Of a stretch of 64,000 nucleotides of DNA, positions 54,119 through 62,180 are shown piece by piece. The first letter of the stretch is position 1. Each line of letters starts with the position of its first letter. The notes below the pieces were generated by a model. It was not told where the DNA came from. It did no database searches and saw only the letters and a program-made list of their open reading frames with translations. The translations under genes and the position numbers were made by a program. Origin of the DNA: an uncultured bacterium (GTDB taxonomy: Bacteria > Planctomycetota > GCA-002687715); contig CADEGH010000003.1 in NCBI GenBank assembly GCA_902826835.1, positions 266,083-330,082 on the forward strand, read 5' to 3'.

Positions 54119-55138
54119 ATGCGCCGCTCGCACTTTGCCCTCGCCGCCACTCTGGCCGCATTCACCGGTTGCAGTCACCCAAGTGCGTCCGGGGACGCCA
54201 CCTCCTCGCGGAACGCCCCGAACTCCCGCCGGCTGGCTTTCTCCTACGAAGCCACACTGAAGGAGGCTCCAGCGGGGGCTTCAGAACTGCAGGTTTGGGT
54301 TCCCGCGCCGCAGAACATCGCCGGACTGCAGCAGGTTGAAAGCGAAAATCTCGTGGTGGTGAATCGCCCGGACGCCCGTGTGCAGTTGGTGGCCCCCGCG
54401 GGCGGTCCCAACCGCTGGTGGCACGTCTCCATTCCGTCCCCGCGCAGCGGGGACAGGCTCGTGGCCTCGATCGAGGTCACCCGCCACGAACAGCGGAGCC
54501 CGAGCTTTCGCGGCGCCGGTAAACAGGCCCTCACGAACGAGGAGCGCGCCGCCCTCACGTCGGAACTCGGGCCCTACGAACTCGTTCCCGTCGGTGGCCG
54601 CATGGGCGAGATCGCCTCGTCCGTGGCTTCAGACGAGAAGAACCAACTGAACATCGCCCGCCGCTACTACAATTATGTGCTCGAGCGCATGCGGTACTCG
54701 AAGGACGGCACGGGTTGGGGACGAGGCGACACTCTCTGGGCCTGCGACTCCGGTTTCGGGAACTGCACCGACTTCCACAGCATGTTCATGAGCTTGACCA
54801 AGTCCCAGGGAATCCCCGCGCGCTTCCACATGGGGTTCCCGATTCCGGAAGCCCGCGGAGAAGGCAAGGTCGGCGGATACCACTGCTGGGCGGAATTCTA
54901 TTTGGCCGGAACCGGCTGGGTTCCTGTCGACATCAGCGAAGCCGACAAGTACCCGGATCTCGCGGAGTACTACTTCGGCAATCTGACCGAGGACCGCATT
55001 TCGTTCGTTACGGGAAGAGACCTGGATCTGACCCCGCGGCCCGCGGCAGGACGCCTCAACTTCCTGATCTATCCCCACGCCGAATTGGACGGAAAGACGA
55101 TCACACTCGAGCGGGCATTCGCCTACCGGGACGCTTGA
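54119..55138 (+). CDS. Transglutaminase-like cysteine-protease-fold lipoprotein
   Basis: Lipobox LAAFTGC. Core motif GNCTDFHSMFMSL..GYHCWAEFY..VPVD (Cys-His-Asp triad pattern). Confidence 0.8.
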   Translation: MRRSHFALAATLAAFTGCSHPSASGDATSSRNAPNSRRLAFSYEATLKEAPAGASELQVWVPAPQNIAGLQQVESENLVVVNRPDARVQLVAPAGGPNRWWHVSIPSPRSGDRLVASIEVTRHEQRSPSFRGAGKQALTNEERAALTSELGPYELVPVGGRMGEIASSVASDEKNQLNIARRYYNYVLERMRYSKDGTGWGRGDTLWACDSGFGNCTDFHSMFMSLTKSQGIPARFHMGFPIPEARGEGKVGGYHCWAEFYLAGTGWVPVDISEADKYPDLAEYYFGNLTEDRISFVTGRDLDLTPRPAAGRLNFLIYPHAELDGKTITLERAFAYRDA

Positions 55139-55145
55139 CCCGCGT

Positions 55146-55592
55146 TCATTGGAGGCGTTCGCCGACGAGCTTCGCCACTAGCTTTCCGTCGGCCTGCCCC
55201 TGGAGCTTAGCCATGGCGAGCTGCATGACCTTGCCCTGCTCTTTCTTGCTTGTGGCACCCGATTCTTTCAGAACCGCCTCGACGACCGCCAAGACGGCGG
55301 AGGCATCGAGCTGCTTCGGGAGAAACTTCTCGATGACCGCCAGCTCTTCGAGTTCCGCGGACACGATGTCGTCCCGGTTCTGAGCCCGACCCGCGTCGAT
55401 CGTCTCGCGGCGCTTCTTTTGGCTGCGCTGGAGGATCTGCATGACCTCGGCCTCGGTGGGAGCGCGGCGTTCGTCCACGTCGAATCGCTTCAGCTCCGAA
55501 TTGAGGAGGCGCAGGGTGCGAACGGTCACTTCGTCCCTGGCCTTCATGGCCGTTTTGTAGGCTTCGTTCACGGCATCGCGGGTAGCAGACAT
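55146..55592 (-). CDS. GatB/YqeY-domain protein
   Basis: 148 aa. AMKARDEVTVRTLRLLNSELK..QSQKKRRETI..IEKFLPKQL is typical of YqeY. Confidence 0.8.
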   Translation of the reverse strand: MSATRDAVNEAYKTAMKARDEVTVRTLRLLNSELKRFDVDERRAPTEAEVMQILQRSQKKRRETIDAGRAQNRDDIVSAELEELAVIEKFLPKQLDASAVLAVVEAVLKESGATSKKEQGKVMQLAMAKLQGQADGKLVAKLVGERLQ

Positions 55593-55728
55593 GGGTTGGC
55601 CTCGGGCGCAGTCGGATCGGAGACTCCGCACGTCCCGAAATCCGTGTCCGGGAACGGTGGATCACTCCCCTGCCTTCTATCATGGTAGCGGCCGGTCTCC
55701 GGTGGCCTGCCACCTGCGGAGTTCTCCC

Positions 55729-56340
55729 ATGCTCACTCGGCTGTGGCTCGCCTCGACCCTCCTTGTTCTTTCCTGCCTCGCCCAAGACCCCCCCAAGGGT
55801 TACGGCGTGGGGTCCACGGTCGCCGACTTTTCCCTGGCCGACGCCCAAGGCACGATCAAGAGCCTGAAGGACTACGCCAAGGACAAGAAGTTTGTGGTCC
55901 TCGATTTCTGGTCGAAAAACTGTCCCTTCTCGGCGAGTCACGAACCCCGATTCGTGGCGCTCGATCGCGCCTTTGCGGACAAGGGAGTGCAGTTTCTCCA
56001 CATCGCTTCGAACCGCACAGAGAACGTAACCCCCGAGGCGGTCGCGGAAGTCGCCGAGGCGCTGAAGGCGGCCGGCATCGTCTTCCCCGCCCTCATCGAT
56101 GTGGGAAACAAAGTCGCGGACGCGTTCGGCGCTCAGGTCACTCCGTGCGCTTGGGTGATCGATGCCGTCACTTTGCAAGTCAAGTACACCGGCCTCCTCA
56201 CCGACGATCCGCGCGAGAACAAGAAGGTCTCGGTCGATTACATCGAGGCCGCGCTGACCGCCCTGCTCGACGGGAAAGAACCCGCCGTGACGTCGACGGT
56301 CGCGACCGGATGCCCCATCAAAAGGGTCAAGGGATCCTGA
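55729..56340 (+). CDS. Secreted thioredoxin-fold redoxin (AhpC/TSA-TlpA-like) with a CxxS motif
   Basis: Signal peptide MLTRLWLASTLLVLSCLAQ. VVLDFWSKNCPFSASHEP has a single active-site Cys. Confidence 0.65.
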   Translation: MLTRLWLASTLLVLSCLAQDPPKGYGVGSTVADFSLADAQGTIKSLKDYAKDKKFVVLDFWSKNCPFSASHEPRFVALDRAFADKGVQFLHIASNRTENVTPEAVAEVAEALKAAGIVFPALIDVGNKVADAFGAQVTPCAWVIDAVTLQVKYTGLLTDDPRENKKVSVDYIEAALTALLDGKEPAVTSTVATGCPIKRVKGS

Positions 56341-56474
56341 TCACCGCACGGGGAATTTCTCTTGAGTTCACCCCTCCCCCCTTGAAACCTGCGCGGAGTC
56401 AGACAGAAGTCGTGCGATGAACTTGGCCCTCTGGCCCGGCGCCAGCGGGACGAGCCCCGAAAAGGAGTTGCGCG

Positions 56475-56759
56475 ATGATCCTGGATTCGATTCTCAACGA
56501 TGAGCAGTGGGACGCTGCGCCTGGGCGCCGCGGCGCCGCTGATGACGACAAGAAGGCCCCCAAGAAGTCGAAAGACGAGGAGGGGGAAGAGGAGGAAGGG
56601 GACGAAGAAGAGGACGAAGACGATTGGGATGATGACGACGAAGACGAGGATGAAGACGAAGAAGACGACGAAGACGAGGATGAAGACGAGGACGACGATT
56701 GGGACGATGACGACGACCTCGACGACGACGAAGAGGAAGAGGACGACGACGAAGACTGA
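56475..56759 (+). CDS. Extremely acidic small protein (94 aa; Asp/Glu make up most of the C-terminal 60 residues or so)
   Basis: AAGGAG lies 8 nt upstream of the ATG. MILDSILNDEQWDAAPG.. is followed by a DE-rich tract with spaced Trp residues (DDWDDDDEDEDEDEEDDEDEDEDEDDDWDDDDD). Confidence 0.55.
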   Translation: MILDSILNDEQWDAAPGRRGAADDDKKAPKKSKDEEGEEEEGDEEEDEDDWDDDDEDEDEDEEDDEDEDEDEDDDWDDDDDLDDDEEEEDDDED

Positions 56760-56768
56760 TCGTCGAAG

Positions 56769-57227
56769 TTAGGCCGCGGGGGAGCCACCTCTCGAGGACT
56801 CCTCGTGAGGTGGGACGGCATCCGCGCGCTGCAAGGGACGCCACTCGCCCCAACCCGGACGCCACACCAACTGGCCTTCGACGATCCGTCCGGACAGCAC
56901 GCGCGCTCGCATGTCTTCCGCGGGCAGTGGCCCAAGCGGACGACCCTCTTCCACGTACCACCATTCTCCGCCCGCCGGAGACGGAAGCCCGGACCCCGGC
57001 TTTTCCGGCGGTGGAACGACCGCCGGTGGCCTCGACCGCTCCGCTAGCGGCGCCGGCGGCAGATCCCGCACGAGCACGAGTGGAATCATCGCGAATTGAG
57101 GCACGACTACGCCGATGAAAAACCACGGCGTCGGGCTTCGGCCGCGACGCAGGGCGATCCACGCGCACACTCCGCCCATGAACAGGCGGAAGGGCAGGCG
57201 AACCAGAATCTCGTGCCAAAGGTCCAA
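56769..57227 (-). CDS. Membrane protein with a C-terminal GYF_2 (DUF4339) domain
   Basis: Two N-terminal TM helices. WWYVEEGRPLGPLPAEDMRARVLSGRIVEGQLVWRPGWGEWRPL is the GYF_2 pattern. Confidence 0.65.
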   Translation of the reverse strand: MDLWHEILVRLPFRLFMGGVCAWIALRRGRSPTPWFFIGVVVPQFAMIPLVLVRDLPPAPLAERSRPPAVVPPPEKPGSGLPSPAGGEWWYVEEGRPLGPLPAEDMRARVLSGRIVEGQLVWRPGWGEWRPLQRADAVPPHEESSRGGSPAA

Positions 57228-57279
57228 GGACAGTCTCTCCGTTGGACCTTAGCAGGCTCCCTCGAGGGGGTTACGCATC

Positions 57280-58809
57280 TCAGCCAAAGCGTCCCTTCCC
57301 CACGATTCCCTGTGTGATCAAGCGAGCCAAGCTCATGATCGTCACCTGGGGAGGCACCCCGATCGACTCTGGCAGAAGCGAGCCATCCGCCACCCGGATT
57401 CGCGGCTCGGCCAGAAGCCGGCCCTCCCCGTCGAGGGCCGATGTCGCTCTAGGACCGAAGGGCACCGAGCCCTGCGGATGCACGGAACTGAGGACCATCC
57501 GGTGCGGGCGGAACTGGCCTATCGTGAGCATGCGATCTTCTTCGCCCGGCCGTAGCCAGTCGGCATCCATGAAGGGAGGAAGCACGCGGATCGCACCGGC
57601 TGCGAACCAGATCCGAGCGAGATCCCGCAAGCCTCGTCGCAGGTCGACCTGATCCTCCACCTCGGGCCAGTACCGAATCTGCGGCCGTCCGTCGCGGCGT
57701 CCTCGCACTCGCCCCCGAGTTCGATCGTGGAGGAGGACTCCGGCCATCCCCAATCGGGAGATTTTGGCGATGTCCTCGCTGAGCGCGGACCCGAGGCGCG
57801 GCCACAGGGCCGCTACGGAAGCGGGACCGGCGGCGGCCGCCATGAGGACAAAGCCCCCCACGCCGCCACGGTGGGCTCGGTCCCCGTGGGTAACGAGCAC
57901 CGACTGCGGGACTCCGGACCAGGCATTCACGGGGTCGGCGAATTCCGCGACGAGGGGGGCGAACGGGTGCAGTCTCAGGGACCGACCCACACCGCGGCCA
58001 CCGAGCCCGGAGCGATCCAGAATCAGGGGCGTCGCCACCGCCGAGGCCGCGAGGACGACCTGCTCCGTACGCACCACGAAGCCCGGCCCCTCGACCCGCA
58101 GGTGCCCCGCTTCCCGTCGAATTTGGTGCACCCTCGCCCGAGTCCAAATCGCGAGCCCGGCCCGCGCCGCTTGCACCAGAAAACTCGGGACCACGTGTTG
58201 CTTGCGGTTGTAAGCACAGCCGAGGATGCAGAAGCCGCAGCCTGAACAGGCCGTCCGGTTGTGCAACGGCCGACGCACCTCGAGACCCAATGCCGCCGCG
58301 CCCTCCCGAAGTCGTCGATTGTTCCCGTTTTCGTCGCCGGCCGATATCTCCCGCGCCCCCAAACTCGCGAGCACCCAGTCCGCCGCCGCCAAGACCTCTT
58401 CCGGGGGGATCGCCAGCGTCCCCGCTTGCGCCCACCTCTCCAACATGCCGCGAGGCGGAGGCACACACAGGGCGGTGTTGTGCAAGGTGGAACCGCCCAG
58501 ACCCTCCCCTTGCAGGAGGACCAGCGAATCGTCCTCGGTCTGGAGCAGGCCGGCTTCCGTGTACAGGCGCGCCATCATCGCCCCTTCTCGTTGCGTGAAG
58601 GAACTGGAGTGGTGGGACTCCCCCGCCTCGAGCAGGAGGGTTTCGATTCCCGCGTCGGTCAGAGTCGCCGCCGCGACCGCCCCACCCGCCCCCGAGCCGA
58701 CGACGCACACTGGCACGAACGCCTCGCGAGTCGGCGGGCTCAACCGGAAATCCTCTCGACCGGGAGCTCGGACGGAGGTCCCGCCTCGACGGGAATCCGG
58801 CCCAGCCAC
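57280..58809 (-). CDS. GMC-family FAD oxidoreductase
   Basis: VCVVGSGAGGAVAAATLTDAGIETLLLEAG, and a C-terminal HPQGS..DGSLLPES segment in the GMC_oxred_C pattern. Confidence 0.82.
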   Translation of the reverse strand: MAGPDSRRGGTSVRAPGREDFRLSPPTREAFVPVCVVGSGAGGAVAAATLTDAGIETLLLEAGESHHSSSFTQREGAMMARLYTEAGLLQTEDDSLVLLQGEGLGGSTLHNTALCVPPPRGMLERWAQAGTLAIPPEEVLAAADWVLASLGAREISAGDENGNNRRLREGAAALGLEVRRPLHNRTACSGCGFCILGCAYNRKQHVVPSFLVQAARAGLAIWTRARVHQIRREAGHLRVEGPGFVVRTEQVVLAASAVATPLILDRSGLGGRGVGRSLRLHPFAPLVAEFADPVNAWSGVPQSVLVTHGDRAHRGGVGGFVLMAAAAGPASVAALWPRLGSALSEDIAKISRLGMAGVLLHDRTRGRVRGRRDGRPQIRYWPEVEDQVDLRRGLRDLARIWFAAGAIRVLPPFMDADWLRPGEEDRMLTIGQFRPHRMVLSSVHPQGSVPFGPRATSALDGEGRLLAEPRIRVADGSLLPESIGVPPQVTIMSLARLITQGIVGKGRFG

Positions 58810-59189
58810 GGGCCATCGTAGTCCACGGCAGCCCAGGTCTCCGGGCCGTCAAAGTGGGCAAACAGCACGAGCCGCACGACGACCGCGGCCAGGCGCCGCA
58901 ACATCGGGATGCGGGACCCTCGACAGGCTCGGAGCAACGACTCCACCGCTGGCGTGGGCAATCTCCGCAGCGACTTCCCGCGCCGCAGAATTGCGAGCGT
59001 GTTCAAGACTACGATGCCCGATCCGAGCGCCCGCCGGTCTATGGGTCGCAAACGCCCGAGGAGCATGTCGATACGAGCTGCACTCTGGACGAGCGGCAAG
59101 TCAGGCGAGCTTCCAAGAGCCGCTCGCAGGACGATGACGAGCGAGGCGACGACCCGGGGGGAAACTGCCGGAGTTTCCGGGAAGCTCAT
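58740..59189 (-). CDS. Small hypothetical protein upstream of the GMC oxidoreductase (possible accessory subunit)
   Basis: Trimmed to MSFPETPAV... No motif recognised. The call rests on position only (overlaps the GMC start). Confidence 0.35.
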   Translation of the reverse strand: MSFPETPAVSPRVVASLVIVLRAALGSSPDLPLVQSAARIDMLLGRLRPIDRRALGSGIVVLNTLAILRRGKSLRRLPTPAVESLLRACRGSRIPMLRRLAAVVVRLVLFAHFDGPETWAAVDYDGPWLGRIPVEAGPPSELPVERISG

Positions 59190-59220
59190 GCCCTCCGTCC
59201 TAACAGAAGGCCGTTTTCGC

Positions 59221-62103
59221 TCACCGCAGGCTGGCGAGTTTGCGTTCGAGGCGTTGGAGACTCTCGACGATGGCCGGGGGAGTCTTTGACTCGGGGGTGA
59301 CGAGTCGCAGGCCGGCTCTTGCTGCCTCCAGGCCTTCTTCGATGTCCTCGCGGAAGAGCCGAACGGTGGCCAGGTCGCGCAAGGCACGCGGGGATTTTCC
59401 GCCGGCCAGCTCGTGGGCTTTCGTGGAGAAGGCCAGGAGCTCGTCCTCGTTCACCGATTCACCGTGGTGGACCGCATGCAGCAAAAGCTCCACCGCACTC
59501 TCTTGACAATTCCGGTCGCCAGGCCTCTCCCTGGCCCATTTGCAGGCGGCTTCTCGAGCTTCCCGGAAGCGTTGGGCACCATCCAGGTGTACGAGAATGG
59601 CCCGTCTAGCCGGCCAAAAATCCGCCTCTCCCCGAAGGGACTCGTACCAGTGAGCAAGCGCGTCCTCGAGCCGGCCCTCGTGCGCCAACGCGAGGCCGTA
59701 GTTGTAGCGACATCGCGGCTCGAGCTTCTGCCCGGCCTCGAGTTGGTGGTAGATGCGCAGGCCTTCCTCGCGCCGCCCCTCCGCGATCGCCACGTCCGCG
59801 AGACCACTCATCGCATGCTGATACCCGGGCTGGATCGCGATCGCCCGTTCGTAGGCGGATCTCGCCTTCTCCAGATCGGGAGTCTGATGGTGGAAGCCAC
59901 CGAGACAGGTCCAGGCCGCCGCGTCGTTGGGATTGTGATTCGCGACATGAGTCAAGGCTCGCTCGACCAAGGCGCGATCCCCGAGGGACGCCGAGTTCTC
60001 CACGAAGTAGGAAGCGAAATCGGCGTTGGTAGCCCCGATCTCGATGGCCTTGAGGAGGCTCGGAATCCCTTCGGAAGAGCGGCCCTGCGCCCGCAAGCAG
60101 GCGAAGTGGTAGCGCAGAAGATCAGCGTCATCGCCAAACCGCCGGCGCGATTCTTGAATCAGAACCTCGGCCGCCGGGTAATCGCCCACCGCCAGGACGG
60201 CCTCACAGAGGTTGACGTACATGAGCGGATCTTCGGACCCCATCTGGCGGCAGCGCTCGTAAGCGGCCCGAGCTTCCTTCGGACCCTTGACGCGGCGCGC
60301 GAAGGCGATCCAAAACCAAGCCTTGGTCGAATGGGGCCACAGGGTCTCCACCGCTTTGGCCGCCAGTTCGACGCTGGCGAGGTCGCGGGCATGCCTGGCC
60401 GCGTGGAGGAGCTGAAAGTGAAACAGACCCCGGGCGTGATTCGAGACGCACACGGCGCTGAGGAACGATCTCGTGGCGGCTGCAAACGCCTCCTCTTTGC
60501 CCGAGTGTCCCTCGTTCAAATGGCGATTGCCGTCCAAGAACCACTCGAGGGCACTCTTGGGCTCGAGGAGGGCCGCCTCGATTGCATCAGCGTCGTCGTG
60601 TCGTCCCAGACGGTGCAGAAGATCGAGCCGCACTCGAGAGTAGGCCCGCTTGGCGAAGGCGTCCATCGGGCTCGAATCCAAGAAAGCGAGGGCTTCTTCG
60701 GCGAACCCCTCCTCGGCCCTGGCGAGTGCCCAACCGGCTTTGCACTCGAGGAGATCCGGAGCCAGTTCCATGGCCCGCTCGAACGCTTGCCGCGCCACCG
60801 CCGGGGCTCCTTCGCCCAAGATCAAGAAGCCGTCTTCGAGGTGTCGCTCGACCTCCTCCGCTAGTTGCCTCCTTGCGGCGTCCTCCAGGATCGGTTGGCG
60901 GGCCGAAATGAAGCCCACGGACACCGCCAGGGTGAGAATCAGCAACACCGCCAAGAGAACCAAGCCGAATTTCGCGGGTTCGCGGCGGGTCCAACGGACG
61001 AGGCGGGCAAATGAGCCGAGCGGGCGAGCCGTGATCGGCCGGTGTTCGAGGATCGCGCGCAAGTCGTCGGCAAACGCACGCGCCGTCGGATAACGCTTCG
61101 CGGGGTCCTTTTCGATGGCCTTATCCACGACCACGGCCACATCGGAGGGCAGCCCGGGAACCAAACGCCGCAAGTCGGCCGGACACTTAGTGAGGATGGC
61201 GTGGTAGAGCGCTTCGTGCGAGGACTCTTCGAAGGGGCGACGCAGGGTGAGGCACTCGAAGAGCGTGACGCCGAGCGCGTACACATCGGCCCGCGCGTCG
61301 ACATGGGTCCCGCCACCGCGGATCTGCTCAGGCGCCATGTACGCGGGGGTGCCGAAGCAATCCCCCTCCACCGTGAGCGCAGCCCGATCCGGCGCGGCTT
61401 CGCGGGCCAGACCGAAGTCGAGCACCACCGGAGCCCCGTCGGGCATCACCACGATATTGCCGGGTTTGAGATCTCGATGGACGATCCCAGCGTCGTGTGC
61501 GGCCTGCACGGCGCGGCTGACCTGCTCGATGAGCCGGACCGCCTCGCGATACGAGGCCGCCAGACGCTCGACGATTCCCGCCTCGCTCAACTCCTCGGTC
61601 GGACTTTCGATGTGCGTCGTCGACGCCTGGCGATCGGTGAGTTCGGTGAGGATGCGATCGAGGTTCGTGCCGGGCACGTACCGCATCGCGATGAACGGGA
61701 TGCCGGACTCGATCCCCGCCTCCCAGATCGCGCAGATGCCGGGGTGGTCGAGGCGCGATGCCACTTCGGCCTCGCGTTGGAACCGGGCCAGACTCGAGGG
61801 GTCGAGGGAGCGGAGGCGGTCAAAGACCTTGAGAGCGACCTTGCGGCCAAGCTTTTGATCCGACGCCAAATAGACGGTGCCCTGGCCACCGTGACCGATC
61901 ATGCGCAGGAGTCGGTAGCGTCCGAGGGTGTCCCCCGGACCGAGGCCCACCCGCCGCTCGCCCAAATCTTGGCCGGAGGATCGCTTTCGCAAGATCTGCT
62001 GCGTGGAGGTCGCGACTCCCTTGGGGGGAAGCGGCAGTTCCAAGCGATCCGTGATCTGCTCCCGACGCATAGGGACCTCGACGGTGCCGGGCCGACCAAG
62101 CAC
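59221..62103 (-). CDS. Ser/Thr protein kinase with one TM segment and a long TPR-repeat C-terminal region
   Basis: GHGGQGTVYLA, HRDLKPGNIVV, DFGLA, and TPAYMAPE. A TM segment (FGLVLLAVLLILTLAVSVGFI) follows, then TPR-like repeats. Confidence 0.88.
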   Translation of the reverse strand: MLGRPGTVEVPMRREQITDRLELPLPPKGVATSTQQILRKRSSGQDLGERRVGLGPGDTLGRYRLLRMIGHGGQGTVYLASDQKLGRKVALKVFDRLRSLDPSSLARFQREAEVASRLDHPGICAIWEAGIESGIPFIAMRYVPGTNLDRILTELTDRQASTTHIESPTEELSEAGIVERLAASYREAVRLIEQVSRAVQAAHDAGIVHRDLKPGNIVVMPDGAPVVLDFGLAREAAPDRAALTVEGDCFGTPAYMAPEQIRGGGTHVDARADVYALGVTLFECLTLRRPFEESSHEALYHAILTKCPADLRRLVPGLPSDVAVVVDKAIEKDPAKRYPTARAFADDLRAILEHRPITARPLGSFARLVRWTRREPAKFGLVLLAVLLILTLAVSVGFISARQPILEDAARRQLAEEVERHLEDGFLILGEGAPAVARQAFERAMELAPDLLECKAGWALARAEEGFAEEALAFLDSSPMDAFAKRAYSRVRLDLLHRLGRHDDADAIEAALLEPKSALEWFLDGNRHLNEGHSGKEEAFAAATRSFLSAVCVSNHARGLFHFQLLHAARHARDLASVELAAKAVETLWPHSTKAWFWIAFARRVKGPKEARAAYERCRQMGSEDPLMYVNLCEAVLAVGDYPAAEVLIQESRRRFGDDADLLRYHFACLRAQGRSSEGIPSLLKAIEIGATNADFASYFVENSASLGDRALVERALTHVANHNPNDAAAWTCLGGFHHQTPDLEKARSAYERAIAIQPGYQHAMSGLADVAIAEGRREEGLRIYHQLEAGQKLEPRCRYNYGLALAHEGRLEDALAHWYESLRGEADFWPARRAILVHLDGAQRFREAREAACKWARERPGDRNCQESAVELLLHAVHHGESVNEDELLAFSTKAHELAGGKSPRALRDLATVRLFREDIEEGLEAARAGLRLVTPESKTPPAIVESLQRLERKLASLR

Positions 62104-62180
62104 CGGAACTTGGTCTGGGGGTATGGGAGCCCGTCTTGGCCTGATCGACGGTTTATGAGCCCGGGCTCAAGGCGGGATGG

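Noticed and set aside
56399-56935. 178-aa minus-strand ORF containing a very long poly-Ser run
   Set aside because: It is the antisense reading of the GAN-triplet tract in the acidic-protein gene (TCN from GAN). It has no Shine-Dalgarno sequence and overlaps two better-supported genes.
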